From Terriglobia bacterium (GTDB taxonomy: Bacteria; Acidobacteriota; Terriglobia; Acidiferrales; 2-02-FULL-67-57), in NCBI GenBank assembly GCA_046757645.1, contig JBHHYS010000002.1, positions 1-53,709 on the forward strand: 53,709 nucleotides of DNA. The letters run 5' to 3'. A model generated the notes under the pieces. It had not been told where the DNA came from. It did no database searches and worked only from the letters and a program-made list of their open reading frames with translations. Numbering within the stretch: the stretch's first letter is position 1; the number at the start of each line of letters is the position of its first letter. This document shows positions 17,627-28,397 of this stretch, piece by piece. The position numbers were made by a program, and so were the translations under genes.

Positions 17627-19077
17627 TTGTCTCCCCCGGCGACCTGCTGCGCATCTTGCCGGAAGTGGTGCTGGCTGTGTTCGGAACCCTGATTATGCTG
17701 GCAGAGGCTTTCCTGCCCCGGGGGCAGAAGCGGGTGCTGGGTCCGGTGGCCCTGACCGGCACGCTCGTCGCGCTGGGGGCGGTGGTGGTGCAGTCGATGA
17801 ACCGCGGATCCGCTTTCAGCGGTCTGGTGGTGGTCGACAACTTCACGGTTTTCCTGCACGTGCTGCTCCTGAGCATCACGGCGTTGACCATCCTGGCCTC
17901 CCTCCGCTATGTGGAACGCCAGAACCTCAGCCCGGGTGAGTACTACGCCCTGCTTTTGTTCGGCACCATCGGGATGGGTCTGATGGTCGCCGCCAACGAG
18001 CTTGTCCTGGTATTTCTCGGCCTGGAAACCTCCTCCATCGCCACCTACGTGCTGGTGGGTTTCCGCCGCACAGAATTGAAGTCGAATGAATCGGCGATGA
18101 AGTATTTTTTGCTGGGCTCGTTCGCCACCGCTTTCCTTCTCTACGGCATCGCCTTGCTCTTCGGAGCCACCGGGACCACCTTTCTGCCAGAAATCCTCTC
18201 CAGGCTGCGGGCGGCCGCCGGCAATCCCATAGAAGATCTGGCGCTGATGGGGATGGCGCTTCTCTTCGTGGGGCTGGCCTTCAAAGTCGCCGCGGCCCCC
18301 TTTCAGATTTGGACCCCCGATGTCTATGAGGGAGCGCCCACACCGATCACCGCCTTCCTCGCCGCTGGGCCCAAGGTGGCGGCGTTCGCCGCCTTCCTGC
18401 GGATTTTCTTCACCGCCCTGGAACCCGCCAGCAGCACCTGGTTCTGGATCATCTGGGTGTCCGCCATCCTGACCATGTTCGTGGGCAACCTGGGAGCGCT
18501 GGTGCAGACGAATATGAAGCGGATGCTTGCCTATTCTTCGATTGCGCACGCCGGCTACATCCTGATCGCCTTCGCTGCCCACAGCAAGTTGGGCATCGCC
18601 GCGGTGCTCTTCTATCTGGTGGCCTACGCGCTGATGAAGCTGGGAGCCTTCTCTCTCGTCTCCCACATTTCCGCGGGAGAAGCCAACCAATCCATTGACG
18701 ACTATGCCGGCCTGCACAGCCGCCAGCCACGGCTGGCGGCTTGCTTGACCATTTTTATGCTGTCGCTGATCGGGATTCCCCTCACCGGGGGCTTTTTCGG
18801 GAAGTTTTATATTTTCACCGCGGCCCTGGACTCCAATCTGATCGGCCTGGTGATTCTGGGGGTGGTGAACAGCGCTCTCTCCGCAGCGTACTATCTGCGG
18901 GTGGTCAAGGTGATGTACATGAACGAGCCGCGGAGTAAGACCCCGGTGGCGCCGGTGCCCGCCTCGCTGGCCTTCGTGCTCACCTTGACAGCGCTGGGAA
19001 CCCTCTACCTGGGCATTCTTCCCGCGCCCGTGCTGCACTTCGCCACCAACTCCGCCCTGCCCGTTCCCCTGCCCTAA
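17623..19077 (+). CDS. nuoN: NADH-quinone oxidoreductase subunit N (operon 1)
   Basis: 484 aa with ATGA overlap to nuoM. FKVAAAPFQIWTPDVYEGAPTPITAF. Confidence 0.95.
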   Translation: MIVSPGDLLRILPEVVLAVFGTLIMLAEAFLPRGQKRVLGPVALTGTLVALGAVVVQSMNRGSAFSGLVVVDNFTVFLHVLLLSITALTILASLRYVERQNLSPGEYYALLLFGTIGMGLMVAANELVLVFLGLETSSIATYVLVGFRRTELKSNESAMKYFLLGSFATAFLLYGIALLFGATGTTFLPEILSRLRAAAGNPIEDLALMGMALLFVGLAFKVAAAPFQIWTPDVYEGAPTPITAFLAAGPKVAAFAAFLRIFFTALEPASSTWFWIIWVSAILTMFVGNLGALVQTNMKRMLAYSSIAHAGYILIAFAAHSKLGIAAVLFYLVAYALMKLGAFSLVSHISAGEANQSIDDYAGLHSRQPRLAACLTIFMLSLIGIPLTGGFFGKFYIFTAALDSNLIGLVILGVVNSALSAAYYLRVVKVMYMNEPRSKTPVAPVPASLAFVLTLTALGTLYLGILPAPVLHFATNSALPVPLP

Positions 19078-19114
19078 CAAAAAGGACGGGGAAGCCGAAC
19101 CGACGGCTTCCCCG
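19078..19114 (-). terminator. Intrinsic terminator at the convergent nuoN / atpE junction
   Basis: 11-bp perfect stem CGGGGAAGCCG (19087-19097) / CGGCTTCCCCG (19104-19114) with a 6-nt loop. On the minus strand it is followed by TCCTTTTTGTT. On the plus strand it is preceded by an A-tract, so it may act bidirectionally. Confidence 0.7.
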
Positions 19115-19144
19115 CGAATCGGAGGCGCTGATCCCGGTTACGCC

Positions 19145-19483
19145 CTAGTAGGTCACCTTGGCAAACACAATTACCAGGGTGTAAAGCGCCAGGGTTTCGA
19201 TGAGGATCAGGGCCAGGATCAACGCGAATCGGATGGCCGGAGCGGCGCCCGGGTTCCGGGCCAGACCTTCGCAGGCGGCGGCGGTGGCTTTGGCTTGGGC
19301 AATTCCGCAAAAGGCCGAGGCGATGGCCATCGAGAAGCCCGAGGCGATGGCGATCCACATCGCCACCTGATCGGACGGCAGGTATTCACCGGCGGGTTTG
19401 CTTATCGGGCCCTGCGCCAGTGCCGGCAGCACAAACAAAAACAGGATGGAACAGAGTCCAACCAGGACAACTGCTTTTCTCAT
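19145..19483 (-). CDS. atpE: F-type ATP synthase Fo subunit c with N-terminal signal-peptide-like extension
   Basis: 112 aa. AAGGAG SD 7 nt upstream of ATG 19483. The hairpin core is ...GIAQAKATAAACEGLARNPGAAPAIRFALILALILIETLALYTLVIVF, preceded by MRKAVVLVGLCSILFLFVLPALAQG. Confidence 0.9.
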   Translation of the reverse strand: MRKAVVLVGLCSILFLFVLPALAQGPISKPAGEYLPSDQVAMWIAIASGFSMAIASAFCGIAQAKATAAACEGLARNPGAAPAIRFALILALILIETLALYTLVIVFAKVTY

Positions 19484-19523
19484 TGTGAGTCTCCTTTGCT
19501 ATGAATTGTCCGCAGTGGGTGGT

Positions 19524-19551
19524 GCCCCGGCCTCCCTCGTACGGCCGGGGC
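19524..19551 (-). other. Intercistronic GC-rich hairpin between atpB and atpE
   Basis: 9-bp perfect stem GCCCCGGCC (19524-19532) / GGCCGGGGC (19543-19551) with a 10-nt loop, inside the 96-nt atpB-atpE spacer. Confidence 0.5.
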
Positions 19552-19579
19552 TCACGCTGACGGACACAATTGCGCGTTA

Positions 19580-20437
19580 CTATTCATGCTCTGTCTCTAC
19601 CGCGCCGCCCACATAGACGATGGGCAACAAGGTGAAGACGAATGCCTGGATAAGAGCAACTGCGGCGTGCAAAACCACAAAAAGGGCCGGGACAACGATG
19701 GGGGAGGACAACGGAAAACTGAGCACCGCCACGCCGACAACTTTATTCCAGTGCCAGGCCCAGGAAAAGAAGCCTGCGGTCAGCCCCAAGAAAGTGAGAT
19801 ACAAGAGTTCGCTGGCGAACATATTCGCCCAGAGACGAGCGGTGAGGGAAAGAAGCCGGGAAGCGTGGCTGACGCTTTCGATAACCACAAAGAGAGGAAC
19901 CACGATCGGCCACATCACCTTTGGCATAGCAAAGGCATGACCGACGAAATGCTTGGAGTAACCAACCCCGCCGTGCTGACGAATTCCCGCAGAGTGGTAG
20001 TAGAGGAAGACAGCCAAGGCGGCTCCCAAGGGGACGGTCCGATGTGCGGTCGGTGAGGTGAAGCTGGGAATCAGGCTGATGGCATTGCAGAACAGGACGA
20101 ACAGGCCTACGGTACCGATCATCGCCAGATACTTGCGCCCGTGCCGGCCGACGATTTCATCCAGTAGGTCGTAGATTCCTACCTGAAAGCTGTTCCATAA
20201 CAACTGCTCAAAGCACAGTTGCAGGCCGCCGGGATTGTCGGCGGAAAGCTTGCGACGGAACCAGACGAAAAACGCGACAGAGAGAAAAACGATAAAGAGT
20301 TCGGTGGCGATGTGGTCCGGGATGGGCCGGGCGGGGTTCGGCGGATGAAGGCCGACGCCCTCCATCGCCGGCAGCACCAACCAGCCCAGCAGCTGGTTCA
20401 TCAGGTTGCCGATCCATGTGGTGTGGCGCTCCATCAT
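19580..20437 (-). CDS. atpB: F-type ATP synthase Fo subunit a
   Basis: 285 aa. Conserved stator Arg region LSLTARLWANMFASELL; multi-TM. Confidence 0.9.
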   Translation of the reverse strand: MMERHTTWIGNLMNQLLGWLVLPAMEGVGLHPPNPARPIPDHIATELFIVFLSVAFFVWFRRKLSADNPGGLQLCFEQLLWNSFQVGIYDLLDEIVGRHGRKYLAMIGTVGLFVLFCNAISLIPSFTSPTAHRTVPLGAALAVFLYYHSAGIRQHGGVGYSKHFVGHAFAMPKVMWPIVVPLFVVIESVSHASRLLSLTARLWANMFASELLYLTFLGLTAGFFSWAWHWNKVVGVAVLSFPLSSPIVVPALFVVLHAAVALIQAFVFTLLPIVYVGGAVETEHE

Positions 20438-20839
20438 CTATCTACGCACTTCCAGGAAGATCTGGTAGAAGGCTTCCAACAAAACCGCGACCGCCAGAAG
20501 CAAAACGCCGCTGAGAACGCCCACCGGCGAGAGCGACGAGCGCGAGAAGATAACATAGAGCAGGATTCCAAGCAAGACGAGGGGCAGGAACAACTTCAGG
20601 TAAATGCGCCGGGGGACGCGAGCTTGGCCTGCTCGCACCAGGGCATCCACCACGGCCACGATCCAGCGGTAGTTCAGGTAGGCGAGTCCACCGCCCACGG
20701 CAAAGCCGACCGCCATACGGCCGCCCCACTGCCAGGCCACCAGCGTCGTGCCCAGCGGCACCAGGAGCAATATCATACCGCCCAGGCGGCGCTCGGCCCG
20801 AACGAGAAATTCTCGTTCGTCCCGGGATAGTGCGTTCAC
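20438..20839 (-). CDS. atpI: ATP synthase protein I-like small membrane protein
   Basis: About 133 aa from GTG 20839, which overlaps the atpZ stop (GTGA). Four hydrophobic segments, positioned directly upstream of atpB. The longer ORF to 21031 overlaps atpZ and is unlikely. Confidence 0.6.
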   Translation of the reverse strand: MNALSRDEREFLVRAERRLGGMILLLVPLGTTLVAWQWGGRMAVGFAVGGGLAYLNYRWIVAVVDALVRAGQARVPRRIYLKLFLPLVLLGILLYVIFSRSSLSPVGVLSGVLLLAVAVLLEAFYQIFLEVRR

Positions 20840-21063
20840 CGGTCGTCCAGCCCTTTGAGCTCCCGCAGCAGTTCTCGAAACCCGGCGGCGAATCCCAAAC
20901 CAGATAGAAGCAGGGTGAACAGCGGTTTCGTTCCTAGCTTCCCATCGAGCCACAATCCGACGAACAGCCCCAGGGCGACGGCGGCCACAAAGGTGAACCC
21001 CATCCCCAGGACAAGGCCCAACTGCCGCCACGGGCTGCGCCCCTTCGGTTCTGGCGGGGGCAT
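20836..21063 (-). CDS. atpZ: AtpZ/ATPase_gene1-like small membrane protein
   Basis: 75 aa from ATG 21063 (MPPPEPKGRSPWRQLGLVLGMGFTF...), 2 TM. Starts 10 nt after the nuoN2 stop. Confidence 0.6.
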   Translation of the reverse strand: MPPPEPKGRSPWRQLGLVLGMGFTFVAAVALGLFVGLWLDGKLGTKPLFTLLLSGLGFAAGFRELLRELKGLDDR

Positions 21064-21073
21064 CGAACCACCC

Positions 21074-22525
21074 TTACGGGAAGGGGAGGATGGAGGACTG
21101 AGCGAAGCGGATGAGCGGCTCGGGATAGATGCCGGGGGCGAGGGTGAGCACCAGAGCAATCGCCAGGGTGGCCACCAGGCCGGGCGCCAGCACCATCTTG
21201 CCGGGCTCGCGGGCCTCCTGCATGAACATAACCACTACGATGCGGAAGTAGTAATACAGCGCCACCACCACGTACAAGGCAGCAAACACCGCCAGGTAGT
21301 AGTGTCCGGTCTCGATGAGCGAAAGAAAGATGTAGTACTTCCCATAAAAGCCCACGGTGGGCGGAATACCGGTAAGAGAGAGAAGGAAGATGAGCATGAT
21401 CACGGCCGGGGCGGGGTTCTTGTGCATCAGGCCACGCATATCGTCAATGTTGTCTCCCCGCAGGTCGGCGCGGCGCATGGCGGTCACCACCGCGAAGGCC
21501 CCCAGGGTCATCGCTGCGTAGGCAAAGATGTACACAGCGATTCCGGTTCGCCCCGTCTCGTTGCCCGCCACCAGACCGAGCAGGATGTAGCCCACGTGGC
21601 CGATGGAGGAGTAAGCCAGCAGGCGCTTGATGTTCGACTGATTAATGGCCGCCAGGTTGCCCAGGGTCATAGTGGCTATGGCCACCACGGACAGCAGGAC
21701 AACCCAATGGGCGCGCAGCGGGCCGATGGGAACCAAGAACAGACGCAGCAGCAGGGCGAAGGAGGCAGCCATGGAGGCCACGGAAATGTAGGCGGTGATG
21801 GGGGTGGGCGCGCCCTCGTAGACGTCGGGGGCCCACTGATGGAACGGCACCGCTGCCACCTTGAAAAACAGTCCCGCGGCGACCGCGGCCATGGCCAGGA
21901 AAACGACCGGGTCGTCCAGGCCGCGCTGGCGGACCGCCTCGGCCACCCGGTAGATGCTGGTGGAGCGGCTCACCCCGTAGAGCAAGGAAAAGCCGTAAAC
22001 CAAAATCCCAGTGGAAAACACCCCGAGCAAGAAGTACTTGAGGGCGGCTTCGTTTGAGCGGGGGTCGCGGCGCAGGAAGCCGGCCAGCAGGTAGAAGCAG
22101 ATGGCCATCAGCTCCAAGCCGATGAAGAGCGTGATCAGGTCCACGCCTCCGGCCAGAAACATCATTCCCACAGTGGCAAAGAGAATCAGGGCGTAGTATT
22201 CCCCTTCGTGCTCGGCTTCCGCCTCCAGGTACTTGATCGACATCAGAATCACCAGCGCCGTGGCCAGCAGGAAGATGAAGCTGAAGAAGATGAAAAATGA
22301 GTCCACCACAATCAGGCCATTGAAGGCCAGGGTTTTGTAGCCCCACATTCGCCACAACTGAATTCCGCTGAAGCCGACCCCCACCAAGGCGGTGATGGCG
22401 TTCATAAACTTGTGCCGGGGCTCGAGCAAAAAGTCCATCAGCAGGATGCCACAGGCAAACAAGACCAGCTCGAGCTGGGGCACGATGGCCGTGAAATCTT
22501 CGGGTTGGAAGAACTCACTCCACAT
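21074..22525 (-). CDS. nuoN: NADH-quinone oxidoreductase subunit N (operon 2)
   Basis: 483 aa. FKVAAVPFHQWAPDVYEGAPTPITAY. TGATG overlap with nuoM2. Confidence 0.95.
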   Translation of the reverse strand: MWSEFFQPEDFTAIVPQLELVLFACGILLMDFLLEPRHKFMNAITALVGVGFSGIQLWRMWGYKTLAFNGLIVVDSFFIFFSFIFLLATALVILMSIKYLEAEAEHEGEYYALILFATVGMMFLAGGVDLITLFIGLELMAICFYLLAGFLRRDPRSNEAALKYFLLGVFSTGILVYGFSLLYGVSRSTSIYRVAEAVRQRGLDDPVVFLAMAAVAAGLFFKVAAVPFHQWAPDVYEGAPTPITAYISVASMAASFALLLRLFLVPIGPLRAHWVVLLSVVAIATMTLGNLAAINQSNIKRLLAYSSIGHVGYILLGLVAGNETGRTGIAVYIFAYAAMTLGAFAVVTAMRRADLRGDNIDDMRGLMHKNPAPAVIMLIFLLSLTGIPPTVGFYGKYYIFLSLIETGHYYLAVFAALYVVVALYYYFRIVVVMFMQEAREPGKMVLAPGLVATLAIALVLTLAPGIYPEPLIRFAQSSILPFP

Positions 22526-24147
22526 CAGGGTTCGCTCGGCTCCGGGTGGGTTTCAGGGGTGGTCGCCGGGGGCAAGCGGACCGCCAGAGGAGACGAGGGC
22601 TGTTTTTCGATTCGCTGCACAATCAGCTCCACCGGTTTGTCCAGTATGGCGAAGTAGGGCTTGGGATAGATGCCAATCCAGAAGCACCAGATGACCAGCG
22701 GCACCAGGGTAGCCAGTTCGCGCAGGTTGACATCGCGCAGGGTGCGGTTGAGCGGATTCGTCACCTCGCCGAACATCACCCGCTGATAGAGCCAGAGCAG
22801 ATAGGCCGCACCGAGCACGATGCCCACCACCGCAAAGGCCGCCCACCAAGCGCTCACCTGCCAGGCCCCCAGCAGGATGGTGAACTCCCCGATAAAGCCG
22901 TTCAGCAGCGGCAACCCCAGCGAGGCCAGACTGATGATCAGGTAGATGGTGGCAAAGACGGGCATGGGGGTGGAGAGGCCGCCGAACCCGCTGATTTCCC
23001 GGGTGTGCCGCCGTTCGGAGAGGAGGCCGACGATCAAGAACAGCGCCCCGGTGGAGATGCCGTGGTTCACTTGTTGCAGGAGGCCGCCCGCCAGCCCGGC
23101 ATGATTCATGGCGAAGAGCCCCAGGGTGATGAAGCCCATGTGGGAGACAGAAGAATAGGCGATGAGTCGCTTCATATCCTTCTGCATCATGCACACCAGC
23201 GCCCCGTAAATGATGGCCACCACGGAAAGCGCCATGATGTAGGAAGCGTACTTCAGCGCCGCCGCCGGGAACATGGGCAGCGAGAAGCGCATGAACCCGT
23301 AGGTACCCATCTTCAGCAGCACCCCGGCCAGGATGACCGAGCCGGCGGTGGGGGCGTCCACGTGGGCATCGGGCAACCAAGTGTGGAAGGGCACCATGGG
23401 CACCTTGATGGCAAAGGCAATGAAAAACGCCCAGAAAATCCAGAACTGCCAACCGAAGGGGAGCAGGCGGCCCAGCTCCAGGAAGACAGGCACGCTGAAG
23501 GTGTAAAACTCCGCCGCGGTGTGGCCGGCAATGCCAATGGCCGGGCAGAGGGCACCACTTTCGTGCAGCCCGGCGTGGTAGAAGTACAGGCCCAAGATAC
23601 CGAGCAGGAGGAGTACCGAGCCGAGCAAGGTGTAGAGAAAGAACTTGATGGCCGAATACAGGCGCCGCCCGTGGCCCCAGATGCCGATGATGAAGTACAT
23701 GGGCACCAGCATCACTTCCCAGAACACATAAAAGAGGAAGAAGTCGAGTGCCATAAAGACGCCCAGCATGCCGACCTGGAGCATCAGGAACATCACATAG
23801 TATTCCTTGACGCGTTCCTGAATGGCTGACCAGGAGGAGAGAACGGCGATGAAGCCCAGCACCACGGTGAGCATGATCAGCAACAAGCTGATGCCGTCGA
23901 TGCCCAGCCGGAACTGAGCCCCGATGGAGGGGATCCACTCCTTGGCGATGGTGAATTGGAAGCCCGCCACGCTCCTGTCGTACCAGAAGACCAGGGGCAG
24001 GGAGATCAGCAGGTCGGCAAACAGGAAAAGATTGGCCAGCCAGCGAATGAGGTTCTTTTGGGCGCCGGGGACGAACAGGAGCACCACCGCCCCCAGGAGC
24101 GGAGTGAATAGCACCCAGTTCAGAATGGTTTCCGACGAAAGTCCCAC
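22525..24147 (-). CDS. nuoM: NADH-quinone oxidoreductase subunit M (operon 2)
   Basis: 540 aa. GTG start with AGGTGA SD. AIKVPMVPFHTWLPDAHVDAPTAGSVILAGVLLKMG. Confidence 0.95.
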   Translation of the reverse strand: MGLSSETILNWVLFTPLLGAVVLLFVPGAQKNLIRWLANLFLFADLLISLPLVFWYDRSVAGFQFTIAKEWIPSIGAQFRLGIDGISLLLIMLTVVLGFIAVLSSWSAIQERVKEYYVMFLMLQVGMLGVFMALDFFLFYVFWEVMLVPMYFIIGIWGHGRRLYSAIKFFLYTLLGSVLLLLGILGLYFYHAGLHESGALCPAIGIAGHTAAEFYTFSVPVFLELGRLLPFGWQFWIFWAFFIAFAIKVPMVPFHTWLPDAHVDAPTAGSVILAGVLLKMGTYGFMRFSLPMFPAAALKYASYIMALSVVAIIYGALVCMMQKDMKRLIAYSSVSHMGFITLGLFAMNHAGLAGGLLQQVNHGISTGALFLIVGLLSERRHTREISGFGGLSTPMPVFATIYLIISLASLGLPLLNGFIGEFTILLGAWQVSAWWAAFAVVGIVLGAAYLLWLYQRVMFGEVTNPLNRTLRDVNLRELATLVPLVIWCFWIGIYPKPYFAILDKPVELIVQRIEKQPSSPLAVRLPPATTPETHPEPSEP

Positions 24148-24159
24148 GGTTTCACCTCG

Positions 24160-26238
<2,079 letters not shown>

Positions 26239-26248
26239 CCTCGAGGCC

Positions 26249-26551
26249 TCAGCCCTTCAGCAAGTCAATCTCATCGGCGTTCAGCGTGTCGCGGTTGCGG
26301 AAAAAGGCAATCAAGATTCCCAAGCCCACCGCCGCCTCCGCGGCAGCCACGCTGATGACAAAAATCGCGAAGATTTGGCCTCCTACGTCGGCCAGTTGGC
26401 GGGAAAAAGCCACCAGGTTGACGTTCACCGCGTTCAGGATGAGTTCGAGCGACATCAGGATGATGATGACATTGCGCCGGGTGAGCACGCCGATGATGCC
26501 GATGGTGAGCAGAGCCGCGCTGAGCATCAGGTAGTGCCAGGTGGGAACCAT
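26249..26551 (-). CDS. nuoK: NADH-quinone oxidoreductase subunit K (operon 2)
   Basis: 100 aa. [12 protein letters not shown]...[18 protein letters not shown] upstream. Confidence 0.95.
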   Translation of the reverse strand: MVPTWHYLMLSAALLTIGIIGVLTRRNVIIILMSLELILNAVNVNLVAFSRQLADVGGQIFAIFVISVAAAEAAVGLGILIAFFRNRDTLNADEIDLLKG

Positions 26552-26560
26552 CGCTTCCTC

Positions 26561-27085
26561 TTACCTCCGCTTGGCCATCAGCACGGCACCGACCATCGCC
26601 ACCAGCAAGAGCAGCGAGACGATCTCGAACGGCAACATATAGCTCTGAAATAGGGTCTGGCCAATCAGCTCGGTGTTCCCCAGGCCGCGGTTGGGGGGCA
26701 AGACTTCAAGGGGCACCTGGGGAAGCGCCGCCTTGCCCCGCCCCAACCCAAAATAGATGGCGCCAAATAACTCCAGCAGCAGCACCCCGGCGGCCAAGCC
26801 GGCCACCTGCCACTGACGGTTGAACTGTACCTGTCGCACCGCCACATCGAGCTTGACCAGCATAATCACGAAGAGAAACAACACCATGATGCCGCCGATG
26901 TAGAGAATGATCTGCACCGCGGCCAGGAACTCGGCGTGTAATTGCACGTAGAGCAGAGCAACCGCCAAGAGCGTCACAATCAGGAAGATGGCGCTGTGCA
27001 CCGGGTTGCGGCGGGTCACCACCAGCACCGCGGACACCACAGCCACAACGGCGAGCACGTAGAAGGTGGCTTGATAGAAGTTCAT
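26561..27085 (-). CDS. nuoJ: NADH-quinone oxidoreductase subunit J (operon 2)
   Basis: 174 aa from ATG 27085 (MNFYQATFYVLAVV...), 7 nt after the nuoH2 stop. No nuoI lies between. Confidence 0.9.
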   Translation of the reverse strand: MNFYQATFYVLAVVAVVSAVLVVTRRNPVHSAIFLIVTLLAVALLYVQLHAEFLAAVQIILYIGGIMVLFLFVIMLVKLDVAVRQVQFNRQWQVAGLAAGVLLLELFGAIYFGLGRGKAALPQVPLEVLPPNRGLGNTELIGQTLFQSYMLPFEIVSLLLLVAMVGAVLMAKRR

Positions 27086-27092
27086 CGGCGTC

Positions 27093-28388
27093 TCACCTTC
27101 GTCCCCGGGCCAGCAGAGCGGCCACCAGGAGGGTAGCGGCCGTCGCCAGCCACAAGCTGGCGGCAAGGTTCCAGCCCAGCTGCTTGCTGAGCACAATCCC
27201 CAGGCCGCAGAAAATCACATTGACGATGGCCACGGGAATCATGAAGTGCCAGCCCAGTCGCATCAGCTGGTCAAAGCGGTAGCGGGGGAAGGTGCCGCGA
27301 AACCAGATGAAGGCGAACAGGAAGACAAACACCTTGCTCATAAACCAGAACACGCCTTGGACGGCGTTGAGCACGGCAGGCATCAGCACCAAGCTCAAGG
27401 CCAGGGCCGCGGCCCCCGCGCCCAGTCCAAGCAAGAGCAAGCGCTGCCAGCGCCACTCGCGCCGGGCGGGGAGGCGAAAGGCTTCCCAGAAGCACCACGC
27501 CGCAGCCGCCACGAAGACGAGCACGGGAACGTAGTCCAAGAAGTCAAAAGCCCGCACTCGAGCGAAAGGTCGCAGCCAGCCACCCAGGAAGAGAGTCACC
27601 GCGATGGCGCTCACCAGGATCATCGCCGCGTACTCAGCCAGGAAAAACAAGGAGAAGCGGAAGCCGCTGTATTCGGTGTGGAAGCCGGCGACCAGCTCCG
27701 ATTCCGCTTCCGGGAGATCGAAGGGGTTGCGGTTGGTTTCGGCGATGGCGGCGACAAACAGGATGAAAAAAGCCACCGGCTGCAAGAAGACAAACCAGAC
27801 ACCTAGGTGTGCCTGGGCTTCGACGAGGCCGCGCATGCTGAGCCGGCCCAGAGTGCCGCTGGTATCGGCGATGCTGGTCAATAGCAAGGCGCTGACAACT
27901 GAGAAGCCCAGTGCCACTTCGTAGCTGACCAGTTGCGCGGTGGAGCGCAACGCCCCCAGCAGCGGGTAGTGGCTGTTGGAGGACCAGCCGCCCAGGATGA
28001 TCCCGAAAATGCCCAGCGAGGAAATTCCCAGGACAAAGAGCAGGCCGACGTTGACGTCGGTAACCATAAAGTTGGACGCGAAAGGTATCAGGGAGAAAGC
28101 GGTGAAAGCGGCGACCACGCTGATGACCGGCGCCAGCCAGAAGATGGTCTTGTCGGCGCCCTGGGGAATGATGTCCTCCTTGAGGAGGAGTTTCAGGCCA
28201 TCGGCAATGGGCTGCAGGAGGCCGTGGGGGCCGACGCGCATGGGCCCCACGCGCACCTGCAGGTCGGCCAGAATCTTCCGCTCGGCATAGGTGAGATAGG
28301 CCATCAGCAGAGAGACGCCGAGAAAAACCACGATGACGCGGATCAGCGGGACCAGGTAGGGCTCGAGGGTGTCCAGCAGGATGGTCAT
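27093..28388 (-). CDS. nuoH: NADH-quinone oxidoreductase subunit H (operon 2), with internal two-helix insertion
   Basis: 431 aa. GPHGLLQPIADGLKL, PFDLPEAESELVAGFHTEYS, PRYRFDQLM. Confidence 0.95.
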   Translation of the reverse strand: MTILLDTLEPYLVPLIRVIVVFLGVSLLMAYLTYAERKILADLQVRVGPMRVGPHGLLQPIADGLKLLLKEDIIPQGADKTIFWLAPVISVVAAFTAFSLIPFASNFMVTDVNVGLLFVLGISSLGIFGIILGGWSSNSHYPLLGALRSTAQLVSYEVALGFSVVSALLLTSIADTSGTLGRLSMRGLVEAQAHLGVWFVFLQPVAFFILFVAAIAETNRNPFDLPEAESELVAGFHTEYSGFRFSLFFLAEYAAMILVSAIAVTLFLGGWLRPFARVRAFDFLDYVPVLVFVAAAAWCFWEAFRLPARREWRWQRLLLLGLGAGAAALALSLVLMPAVLNAVQGVFWFMSKVFVFLFAFIWFRGTFPRYRFDQLMRLGWHFMIPVAIVNVIFCGLGIVLSKQLGWNLAASLWLATAATLLVAALLARGRR

Positions 28389-28397
28389 GGGTCGGTC

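Noticed and set aside
19078-19144. The convergence of a 13-kb plus-strand block and a 34.5-kb minus-strand block as a replication terminus or dif site.
   Set aside because: No dif-like AT-rich 28-mer is in the spacer. Gene orientation alone over 54 kb is insufficient, and I cannot compute a reliable GC skew by eye.
19145-21063. Possibility that atpZ-atpI-atpB-atpE is part of an N-ATPase (atpDCQRBEFAG) operon.
   Set aside because: There are no atpD/atpC genes upstream (nuoN2 is there instead). There are no atpF/A/G genes downstream (terminator, then convergent nuoN1). The c subunit lacks the extra helix-1 Glu typical of N-ATPase c. A split F-type operon is the simpler reading.
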